This document shows positions 40,121 to 51,900 of a DNA stretch of 64,000 nucleotides, in pieces. The notes beneath the pieces are model-generated. The model was not told the DNA's origin, made no database searches, and worked only from the letters and a program-made list of their open reading frames with translations. The stretch spans positions 20,956,001-21,020,000 of the forward strand of contig NC_088859.1 in assembly GCF_963853765.1 (NCBI RefSeq), written 5' to 3'. The translations under genes and the position numbers were made by a program. Source of the stretch: Magallana gigas. Taxonomy: Eukaryota. Numbering within the stretch: position 1 is the first letter of the stretch; each line of letters opens with the position of its first letter.

Positions 40121-40355
40121 TGGTCTAGTGGGAGGACTGCCCCCCCCCCTTTTTCGAACCCGCTTGTAACCTGTAAATATACCCTGCTATGTCTGACTCA
40201 CTATAAGAAAAAAAAAGCATCCATTTTTCTCTAATAGAGAAATACTTGAGTTATTAATAATTCTTTTCTAAGCGGGGGTATCATCAGTGAGCTTGCTAAC
40301 AGTACCTTTTAGATGGTCTAGTGGGAGCAATGCCCCCCCCCCTTTCTCGAACCCC
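39975..40355 (+). repeat. Tandem duplication, about 187-bp unit, two copies
   Basis: GCTTGTAACCTGTAAATATACCCTG...TCGAACCC starts at 39975 and at 40162; near-identical with a few indels. Confidence 0.9.
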
Positions 40356-41583
40356 CTTTAATTAACGTTTAGAAAATTAATTTTTGAGGCATTCTACCCA
40401 CCATCACACACACTTTTATTATGATTAAATTAATTATATACATATTACTTGTACATATATGATGTGCTTTATAAAGTGATCCTAAACATGAAGTAATTTA
40501 AACGAAGAACTTCCCAGGTATGAAAATAATACTGTGAAATTGAGTCTCGTTTACGATTTTTTGATCTTACTTTTATCATATTGATAATCCAGTCACATTA
40601 AAACTATTTCCCTTCTCCTTACACTCGTCAGGGTCTGATAGACCTGTATTGTATCAATACTGGATCATTTCACTTGACCTCCACATTTGCATACGATCTA
40701 AATATACTGTTATATACAAAAAGATATTCCTTTATCTGTTTAATGAGTAGTGCAACTTTTCAATACTCAGTCTAGAGGTTACATAGGAAACAGGCATGAA
40801 TTACTTTTTGGTCTCCATTTGAAGAGTTCCAATCAATTTTCTAAAGCTCTAATTGGTAACAAAAAATAATCATGTAAAGATGACCTTTTATCATTACAGG
40901 ATCTGTCAAGCTCTGACAAGTGTGAGGAGAAGGAGGTGGTTTTAATCAAACTGATGGACAATCTTTTTGCGACACGAAGTTGTGACGGAAGACCTCCTCG
41001 TTGCTTTGCAACGAGCTCGGCTCTAGTTACACTTTACGTTTTATCATTTGAAGAGGTTTAGAAACTCTTGTCCTTATATGCGAAAAAATCGTCAAGACTT
41101 GTGAAATAAAGGTTATATCATGTAAAGTTATAAGACCGGGTTGACCTAGTAATATATCCACACGGACGGCAATTTATTAAGCATATAAGGAAGCAGGCCA
41201 CACCACTGCAAGAATCTATTACCTTGGAAATATAGATAGCTGCATGCCAGAAGTACGTGTTGATAAGAGAACTAAAAAATCTTTAGGGTCATTTATTATG
41301 AAACTGCATGATGACAGTTCCCTTCCCAGATTCTCATTCTACAAGTAATAAGCATCTTAAAATGCACGTTCTTTTATATGATCACTGTAAAATATATGAG
41401 CTTTTTTAAAACTTCCGTCATCTAAAGCATCATTTTTTCACGTACTAGCAATTATGAACCTCCATTCACTGAGGCCAGAATACTATGTGAGTATAGTGAT
41501 TATGATCAGAACCGGCGCCATTAAGAAAACTGGAAATGGCACCGGTTCTGACGTTTCCTGGTAGGTAAAATATCAAAATCGTT

Positions 41584-44199
41584 AAACAAGAGGCTCAATG
41601 GGCCACATTGCTCACCAGAGCAACACTGGCTTTATATGGGCGTTCAATAAAGAAATAAACGGCAATTTAAAAAGTTCACCGGGATATGAAGTTGGTTGGT
41701 CACGTGATCAAATCCTGTGAAGCCCGAAATTGTGACGTCACGAAAAAGTTCATACAGACTTGAACGTTTTCGCTATTCTACTGCAGTATAGGTTCACATA
41801 AGGAAACTTATCTGCAAATGTAAATATACAGAATTGAACGTTTTCGCTTTTCTATAGGTTCATATAAGGAAAAATATATAGTGAAATGTGGCCCCTCGGT
41901 AGACTAACCAAAAATGAATATCCGAATTTTACACTTATTTTTGCACATACTTAATCTTTGACATATTTACCTTTATGGAATATCATTTTTACCGAAAATA
42001 AGATCATATGCAATATAAATAACTAAATTTTCAGTTGGTGTTCACAGTTAACTTCAAGTTCCCTTTATTTTAGCCCCCCCCCCCCCCCCCTCCCATCACT
42101 TAATAAAACGATCAAAATACATGAGAGCACAACGGTACATTTTCTCCATCCACTACTCACTAAACTCTGTCCCGATTTTTTGCTTCCACCACTTTTCGCT
42201 TGATATTTCGATAATAATAAATACCTTTGTGCTCTAACTGTGTTCATCCGCTAATATGAAAAATTTCCAGATTATCTGTTTTGAAACGCCCCCTCTACCG
42301 CTTTAGGTTTCAATACACATCCCAAAATAAAAAGTCTACGGGGATGATTCATTGCATTAGCCATTAATTAGCCCGGAAAATAACGTTGAAAAATTGAGCA
42401 AGGTGTCCCGAGTACTTCCGAATGGAGAAAAGATGTAAACATTCCCCATTATAAATCTCTGTAAGAAATTTGTTTTCGTCCCTGTAAACTTTTATGAGAG
42501 AAAAGGGATAATTTGTCAGTAAAGATATTCATTCGATATTTTCCATATCATCAGTTACAACTGCACTTCTTTCACGTGTATTTGTATTTTTATTAAAAAT
42601 CATCAACGAGTGATGGAAGCAATAACTTGAGACAGACTACAACTTGGGACAGACTATAGTTATTGAATTTTATTTTTAAAAATCCTATATGCGAAAGAAG
42701 AAAAGTGTACCTCAATGCAACAGAATGAATGCGCTCAATTCCTCAAATTAAAAACATTGAAAAATTTAATAGGCCTTCTCTATTATCAACGATTGTCGTT
42801 TACCAGGCATGAATTCATTTCATTTGACGTTTCATATCCTTACTCGATTGATGAATAAACTTAACTAAAAAATGTTGTCACATATGTTAAAGAGTTATAA
42901 TTCAAATTTATGTATTGGCAGGCATGTCGCTCTGTTGTACCAAGGCCCACCCATTATTTTCATTTTATTGCTGAAAAAACATCAAATGTCTACAAGCAAA
43001 GATGATTTTCCCTTGCAATATCTTTTTAAGAACACCGATAATGCTTTAATCCTCATAATAATAATAATGTGTCAGGACTATGGAAACTGTTTAATAGACG
43101 TCGTTTTTATTTACTTGTGTTCGAAAAACTATCAAAAATTGTGTATATTTTATGCAATTCATCGTTGAAGAAGGGGGACCATTAAGTAGTTACAGCATAT
43201 CATCCTTTTAGCAAGACATTTCTATTGATCAACCAAAATTTCAGCGTCAATCGTAGAATTATAAGAAAGATACATAGCTTGGTTAGAGTCATGTTTTTGT
43301 TCACATGAGTTTATTACATTCAACTTTAAAATTTTTAAACTTGGTATTTTCCTATTCAGCATAGCTGCATTTGAAATATAAACGAACTAAAGCATGACCT
43401 CAGCTTTGTGTACAAACATACAGTAGCATTGTGCGCAAAGCTCTATATCTTGCTTATAACTCGAAGCTTGACTCTCAGGTTAGTAAATAGAAATTTGTAA
43501 ACAATTAAAACAAGAGAAAAATGCACTAAAACAAAGAAAAACACAATTTATTTTTCATCATATATACTTATATATTTCTAGCAGGGAGAATAATCTCCGT
43601 TTAGATTGAAATTGCTGAGCATCTTAATAAAACATGGTGCATTAATCAACCATTACGTAGAGATCGAACCGAATTACATGTACCAACATAATGAATAGTA
43701 TTCATTAATATGTTGTTAGTGCATCAGATTTTGCGCAGTTACATGTAAACAATCAACTGTCTGATTAACCGGTCTACACGTAAAAATGTTAAATTCGAAA
43801 ATAAAGACGACGGTTCCTCTCAAGTTAAATTAAACATGCTAAACGAAAATCAAAGCAAGCTAAAACCACCGTCACAAATGAAAATGTCAACCCATTAAAA
43901 TATTTAACCTCAATTTACTGCACATAAACGGCACAAATATATTTTGGATGCTTTAAATATTCCCTTCGCACGTAAACTGTTGCACAACAACCAATACATC
44001 TCCGTTCAACTTCAAGATGGCTGCTTCTATATCATGGTTAAATATCGAGCCCGAAGTTAAACTGATTGACCCCCATTCTCTCTGTCTTATTACTGTTTTC
44101 GTAAATTACTCAAATTTGAAACAGAATTAGCCCTTAATTTTTACAATTTATATTTTCCTTCCCATAAGGATGATATATGCTTAACTACGTTGAATTTGA

Positions 44200-44231
<32 letters not shown>

Positions 44232-44324
44232 ATGCACCCCTCTTTTTCTACAGTATCGAGGTTTTCTCCGCTTTGAACAAAGATCGGTCTTTCATTTCTG
44301 CAATTTATATTTGCCTTCCCATAA

Positions 44325-44358
<34 letters not shown>

Positions 44359-44446
44359 AAGCGGTTTTAGAGAAGAAGTTCAAAATGTAAAACGTTTACA
44401 GACCGACGGACGGACAGACGGACGACAGACATTATGAGATCAGAAT

Positions 44447-44482
<36 letters not shown>
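41584..44482 (+). mobile_element. Composite non-autonomous Helentron-like (HINE) element with nested or captured DNA
   Basis: 5' end AAACAAGAGGCTCAATGGGCCACATTGCTCACC; 3' end (GACG/GACA)n tract then AGCTCACTTGAGCTTTCAGCTCAGGTGAGCTAAAA palindrome; unrelated sequence at about 42100-44120 between the two halves. Confidence 0.7.
42410..42660 (+). repeat. Dispersed repeat fragment, also present at about 53205-53450
   Basis: Shared GAATGGAGAAAAGATGT(A/C)AACATT(C/T)CCCATTATAAAT...TTGGGACAGACTATAGT in both places. Confidence 0.7.
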
Positions 44483-44483
<1 letters not shown>

Positions 44484-44767
44484 CCAGGAAAACGTCAGAT
44501 ATTTCGGACTACCTACTGCGCAGCATACGATAAATTAAATTCCCTCTTCATAATTCATATTTCATAATCGCGCAGAGAACTTGTCTTGAGTAACATAAAA
44601 CACTTTTGCACAGTAATGTCTCAGAGTTTTGCTACATTTGTGTTGGGGATATTTAATTTGAATATCATTGTGAATATTAAACGATGACGAATATTATTTG
44701 GGGTTTTCAATTGCTAAAATACTCGGTCGACAGACTGCTTTTCGTGTGTACCCGATAGTTATGTTAA

Positions 44768-45260
44768 AGGGGCATGGTCACGTTTTTGGTCAAAAATTAT
44801 TTTTCCGATTTGAATAATTACAATGCTTCAGTGAGACATTCTTAATAGGCAAACAAAATTTGAGCGTCATTTGTTGAGTTATAAGCGAGTTACAGAGCTT
44901 ACAATTCTTTGACATGTAAACAAAGCTTTAGTTTACATTTTGTATGTTGAAGTGAAAATTTCAAATTTAGACCTAAATTGAATGTGTTAAACGTTAGGAA
45001 CTGTTTATCTATGCTTAAAACGAATAAGAAGATAGAAAAATAAGCTTGAAAAAAGTTTTTAATTGGTATATTGAACCTATGTAAACAAAAAACAGGGCAC
45101 GAGCCTTGTTTACATGACACAGATTTGTGAGCTCTGTATCTTGCTTAAAACTTAAAGACTGACTCTCAAATTTCATTTATCATTAGAAATGCATTTCTAA
45201 AGCATTGTAAATAATAAAAATAGAAAAATGGAATTTGACGAAAATCGTGACCATGCCCCT
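44768..45260. mobile_element. Non-autonomous DNA transposon with TTAA target duplication (Kolobok-like), 493 bp
   Basis: TTAA|AGGGGCATGGTCACG ... CGTGACCATGCCCCT|TTAA; 15-bp perfect TIR, AG...CT termini. Confidence 0.85.
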
Positions 45261-46091
45261 TTAAAAGGGGTATGGTACATTTTAAACTTGAACACAAACG
45301 AACCCATTTATTTTGTCCTTAAATTATTATTCTCTGAGGCAAAAAAAAGTATCATTTATAAACACCTACTAGTATTCATTATTGCTAGTATTATTTTTCA
45401 TTGTTCATTATTGGACTGTAAAGGAAAATATGAAATAGTGAGATAAACAAAACAATGACGCAATTTATGGTTCATAACTACATGTATCACTATTTAATGT
45501 ATAAATATATGAGATTTCTTTCATTCACTGTGTACTTAACCGTCTTTATGCCGTAAGGCGGTACCAACTTCTAACTTGGGCGTTTGTCAGATCAATGTGT
45601 GCACATGCTAACGTCACGACAAAGTATAATTTAATGTTTAAGTTTAAACACACAAGTCTCAATAACATGCATAATCAAGCATATCAAAAGAGGAAGAACA
45701 TTTTAATTTTAAGAAAGCATTTATTAACAAAGTATTTTACATTATATAAATATAAGTGTTTTTGAGTTTTTTAACTTTACCAAAGATCTTCGAACTGTCG
45801 TTTATAGTACACAATGGCATGTTCAAAGAATCTCATCTCATAAAAAGCATTTACTTTGAACACTCTACACGTTTATCATATTTCATCCTAAAATTAGTCT
45901 TTTAATTTGACCATATCAGGTTAAAAAAATGTACATTCTGAAAAATTTACTTTATACGCGTTGCTGTCGAGCTTAAATCAAGCAAAGTTATAGAATAAAA
46001 ATCTTCTAAAAATAATATTTTAATACCACTGCCATAAAAACTTCAAGTAATCATGGACAAAAAACATTCAGCAAAGCATAAAATACAAATT

Positions 46092-47620
46092 AAACAAGAG
46101 GCCAATTGGCCTTAACGGTCACCTGAGTAGCATATATCCCATACACAAACTTGTCATGGAGTCTCAAATATGCATCTAATTAATTAGGTTTCATACTGGA
46201 GTAGAAAAATTATAAATTTGTAATGACAACCACATTTAATTCAAAAAGATCTGTGAAACCTATAATTTTGGTGAAAAACTAAAAGATCTGGTCTACAAAA
46301 TAGAGAATTCAGTTTTCCTTTCAGCTGTGTGGGAGTAAAGAAGATAATTTTTTAACGTTATATGCATTAACATCTATACATCCATTTTGGCCCTGCCCTA
46401 GAGTCAAAACCCATACCCAAGGGGACATGAAAATTAAAATTTCAGTAGAAGACTTCCTGGTAAACATAATTATTAGTCGTTTTTTTTATACAGATGTGTG
46501 AGAATAGAGAAAAAGATTTTTAAACATTATATGCATTAACACTTTATTGCCATATTGCCCCCCCCCCCCCTTCATGTCCTGAACCACTGACCCAGGGGCC
46601 ATGAATTTCACAATTTAGGTAAAGGAGATTGTGGATATCATAACCATGTATTCAGTTTTTTGCCTACATATGTGGGAGTAGAGAAGAAGATTTTTTAAGA
46701 TTTAAAACATTTTTACTATATGGCCATATTGGCCCCACCCTAGAGCCTGAACACCTAACAAAGGGGTCATGAATTTCACAATTTTAGTAGAGGGCCTCGT
46801 GGACATCATAACCATGCATTTAGTTTTTAACAAATATATATGGGAGTAGAGAAGAAGATTTTCTAAGATTTAATACATTTTTACTATTTGGCCATATTGG
46901 CCCCACCCTAGAGCCTGAAACCCTGACCGAGAGGTCATGAATTTCACAATTAAGGTAGAGGGCTTCATGGACATCATAACCATGCTTTTAGTTTTTAACA
47001 AATATATATGGGAGTAGAGAAGAAAATTTTCTAAGATTTAATACATTTTTACTATTTGGCCATATCGGCCCCACCCTAGAGCCTGAAACCCTGACTCAGG
47101 GGTCATGAATTTCACAATTTAGGTAGAGGGCTTCATGGACATCATAATCATGCATTTAGTTTTTAACAAATATATATGGTAGTAGAGAAGAAGATTTTCT
47201 AAGATTTAATACATTTTTACTATATGGACATATTGGCCCCACCCTAGAGCCAGAACCCCTGACCCAGGGGCCATGAATTTCATAATTTTGGTAGAGGGCC
47301 TCATGGACATCACAACCATGCAACCAGTTTTTTCCACACATGCGTGGGAGTAGAGAAGAAGATTTTTGAAAATTTGGCTTTTTTTGCATATTTGGCCCCG
47401 CCCGTGGCACCCCAGGGGTGGTAGAGCCATAAATTTCACAATTTAGATTCTTCTTACCATAGAGATGCTTCACACCAAAAATGGTAACGATTGGCCTGGT
47501 AGTTTTCAAGAAGAAGTTAAAAATGTAAAATTGTTAACGCACGACGCACGACGCACAACGCACGACGACGGACGAAGACCAATTGCAATAGGTCTCCTGA
47601 GTGACTCAGGTGACCTAAAA
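46092..47620 (+). mobile_element. Non-autonomous Helentron (HINE) with a central array of about 168-bp satellite-like units
   Basis: 5' AAACAAGAGGCCAATTGGCCTTAACGGTCACCTGAG; units start at about 46382, 46550, 46724, 46892, 47060, 47228; (ACGC/GACG)n tract; 3' ATAGGTCTCCTGAGTGACTCAGGTGACCTAAAA palindrome. Confidence 0.9.
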
Positions 47621-48147
47621 AAATGAAAACCAAAATAAGTGAAATAAAAATATCCATTTTTAAAACAAATGAATGCTATTTTTATGTTCTCTTTGTTTTG
47701 TTTACAATTTTAAATCAAAGGCCCTTAAAGTATATTGAGTATGGATATTTCAATTTTTCATATCAAATTGTTACAAGGTATTACACATATAAATAATATG
47801 GACAATTTTAGAAGAAAGATCAAAATAATAATCTGAATCATGCATGTTCCAGTAAAAACCATATAAACATATCAACGCTGTTTAATTCTTTTCTGTTGCA
47901 GTAATACTTTATATCTGTAGTAAAATCAAATTTTAAAAGAGGAAAACAAAGAGGGTGTTAGTGAACCCTGTATATGTCAGTTATATGGTTAATAAACAAA
48001 CGCGCAACAAATAATTTATTTACACATATCTTAGAGTTTAAAAATGAAACAATCAGAACATTTCGATTCATTCTATCCAGAATTTTAAAAAAAGCAAAAA
48101 AAAATAAAAAATGAAAGACTACACACTTCCGACAAGCACATTATTAA

Positions 48148-48744
48148 AGCTGCTTGGTCCGATTTCATATCAATTTTTATGCACGCTTTTAAACGATGGC
48201 CATGCTTAGTATATGTATAATAATAGACATTGCAGTAGTTTTACCCGTCAATTATGCCAAATTTCAATGAAGAAAAATACGTACAAAATTTGCTAACAAA
48301 ACAAACGACATTAAAAGGTACCTCGATATTTCGCCTCATGTTGAATTTCACCCCTGACGACGAGACGGGTATAGTTGTATTACGAATTTGAAATCGCCTT
48401 AAATAAAGGTCGAAATGATCAGACAAATTACAAATAAACATGTGTACATTTTGTTCGCTAACATTTCTAAAGTCTGCTTTCTTTACAATCGATGCATAGC
48501 ATGCGGGTTGAATAACCCCAATCATTCGGGGGACGAAACCAAGGGGTTTCCCGTGATGCATTTTGGTTTGTTTTTTCGTTTGCCCAAAGAGAAATTATTT
48601 TTATTTACTTTGAATATTTCTAACTTTGAAAGGAGACTGATTCTGCTGGTGTAAATAGGAGAAAGTCCAGAACTTTTTAAGATAAATGATTTGTATGAAA
48701 AAAAAATTGATACTGTAATTACAAGAAAATCGGACCAAGCAGCT
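48148..48744. mobile_element. Non-autonomous DNA transposon with TTAA target duplication (Kolobok-like), 597 bp, just downstream of the BFAR stop
   Basis: TTAA|AGCTGCTTGGTCCGATTT ... AAATCGGACCAAGCAGCT|TTAA; 18-bp perfect TIR. Confidence 0.88.
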
Positions 48745-48994
48745 TTAAAACAAAAAAAACAATGTAGAAATAATCGACGTTTGAAAAACAACTTATACAT
48801 TTTTATCAACGTTGTAAAAAGGGGGTGAAGAACAAATTTAAAAATTAAACTATCATCAGGGTTTGATTCATTTTATCAAGAAATAGAACAGCTAAAAATA
48901 ATTTTCGAAAAAAAAAAACTATACGTACCTCGAAAAGCACAACATGAATAGAAGATAACAATATACAAATACTTCACATTTAAAAAAAAAAACC

Positions 48995-51900
48995 CTAAGT
49001 TCTTTCTTTCCAAATTTTATCCACATTGTAAAAAGGGGTGAAGAACAAGACGGAATAAAAGAAAAAGTCACAGATAAGTGACGGCACGATTGGCCAAATC
49101 ATTAAAAAGAAGAAAGTAGACATTAGACCCTTGCCATAACTTCGTAGACCCGCTATGCAATATCTGGAACAAAGGAAAGATATATCAAAAAATAATATTA
49201 TGTTAAATGTTCCTATCTAACAAAAATCATGCATTTGCATATACGTGTAATTATGTATGTATTTGTAGAAATACCTTGTGTAAATACATTCTCATGAGCC
49301 AAAAGTATCCACTTGTTTTTATATGGGTTTTGCATTCAAAATAAAGAAACTGGTTCTTTACTCGTACAGGACTGTCGATTACTCATCTTCTCTAACCAAG
49401 GTTTTCTGATCCGCACCGCTTCTCACAAACCCTTGGCATATGGTACTATCAATAAATAAATTCAGTAAACCTCAATCAAAACCAAGGGAAAAAATATCGA
49501 CTTTTGATATCAAGATATGCCAAGGGTTTGTGAGAAGCGGTGCGGATCAGAAAACCTTGGCTAGCGAAGATGTCGATTACTTGGTATGTAGCTTTCGAAT
49601 TTATCTTTATTACGCATTTATTAAAATTATATTTTCACATAAACCGAGATTGCTTTCTTCCTTGCTTTTGTAAAACTTTGAGAAAAGATAAGTTCGCAAC
49701 AAGAAACTTTGATCAATAACTAAACATAAATCCCATGCAGAATCCACACCATTTTGATGGATTTTGACATTTTCATTTACGAAAAACTTCATTCACCAGA
49801 AAATATGTGATGCACACATCGTGGCAACACCATTTTCTGATAACTGTGGGCAAAGGGATAAATCCAAGAGAGTCAAGTTTTTTTTAGAGCCACCAGAGAA
49901 TACTATATAGCAGATGGTACATGTAACTTCAATGCTTCTAAGCTTCGTTTATATGATATATTCAGTAAATTCGGCAAAGAATTTTCCATCAAACTCTTCA
50001 TTGATAGAAATTCGACGTGCAAGCAGATCAGCAACAAGTGTGCTATTCAACATGGAAGCTACTGACATCCTTCTGACGCTTGCATATACTTTGGACTCAA
50101 TATTATCTGTTAAAAACAACTCTTGTTTTTCGTTTAACTATCTTGTATATCTTAATTACAGACGTTTGATCATAAAAATGGTGTTTGATAACAAACGTTA
50201 ATTTTTTTTCTAATTTTACAAAAAATTTTCTCCTAAAAACTAAAAAAAAAAGCTGAAGATTCAAACTTGTACATCACTATGCATACTTACTCTTTATTCA
50301 TTGGGAAGAGCTTTTTAAAGGCCATAGCTTCGAGGAATGTCAAAGTTGCGCAATTAACGAACATCATAGAGCAGATATAAAAGTGGACGTCAAACCACGC
50401 CCAACAGAATTTGGACACCACCCAATAGGGCAGTATGGTGAAGTAGGTCAAAAACTCGATTTCTTGTCTGAGACTGGGGTCGTCATACTGAAAATAGATA
50501 TTGATATCAGCTAATTAACATAACATTCAAAATGAAAATTCAAGGTTCCCTCTTAACTACTATTAAAATCGGCAAATAAAACCTTCATGCTCAATGGAAA
50601 GAACATTGTAACACATTTAATTTTGATAACTGGTTCAAACTCACGCAATAAACTTTTATATTTGCACAGCTCTTAAACTTTAGTCATTGACAAATAATTT
50701 ACACAAGCCTAGCTAGGTCGCTTTGACCATTTGCATCATGTTGTGTCAAAAGTCATCAGTCAATTAAAGAACGTCCAAAATGAAAAATAAATGCAGTAAT
50801 TCCAATATACATTACGATAAGGAACATAAGAACATGTATTGACGTTGTTTTAAGATTTCTTTTTTTTAACGGCGATGTGTCTATACGGTTTGCTTCCATA
50901 ATGGTTTCAATGCACCATTTTCAGTTGTTGTTGTTGCTAGAACGATTGTGGTCTTACATGCAGTCTTAAAAGATTACACCTTTACAACTTTATTCCATGT
51001 TGGGCAATTCTTTACTCCAAAGGGATAGCCAGCAAGATGTAAAATTCGATAGTACATGATTGTATGTGATCATTTTTGGAAAAAACAATAGGCTTAAGTA
51101 GGAACTCGCTTGAGCAACAATAGCCAAAACTCTTATCAAATCAGCTTTATGGAATCAATTACTAAAATAATTTGAGAATTTAGTAGAGTAGATCTTGTTT
51201 AAAAATATTTTCTATTGTTCTCCATATTTTTATATATGTTAAATATAGGATCTCTCATGATTTGCGATGGTATATGATTTTTATCCAACGAGTTGTGTGT
51301 AACGTAATGATTAACTATGACGACACGTGGCGTAAGAACACACAGTGGAATATCAAAAATTTATCCCATGAGTGATATCCACCGTATATTGGGATAAACA
51401 TGTGATAATAATAAATATTGAGACACTTTTAAAGATTCTTGGAATGTAAAATTTATAAAAAAAAAAATAAAAATTTTAATAAATTTAGTAGGTCCAATAA
51501 AAAAAATAGGAAGACTTTTTACATAGCTTTTTTTACTTACTTATAACGTCATTTTATCACCAAATGTGGTGGACATAATTTATCAATAATTTCAATTAAT
51601 TTAAACTCAAAAAATTAAATATATTCCTGTATATCTAAGAATTATTTAAAATTCAAAACTGCAAACATGGGGTAACTGTGCACGGCCACATTTTGTGTTC
51701 TGTGAACAAAACCATATAACCATATAATGTCGAAATAATGTTTCAAAGAAACCAAATAATACTGAAACCTTAAATTTAGTACTGCCATTCTATGTACCTA
51801 ATTATGATGGAGTAAACTATTTTGCTGAACAAATTAAGACAGACTACCTCATTAAAATTCACTAAATCTGATGACGTACATTGCCGGACATCACGAAGCA

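Noticed and set aside
44201-47509. ORFs at 44201-44383, 47156-47509 and 47206-47439
   Set aside because: They are antisense readings of HINE bodies and satellite units, with no transposase or helicase motifs.
49914-50201. 95-aa plus-strand ORF in BFAR intron 6
   Set aside because: It is the antisense shadow of the LRR-like relict and is not preserved in the paralogous copy.
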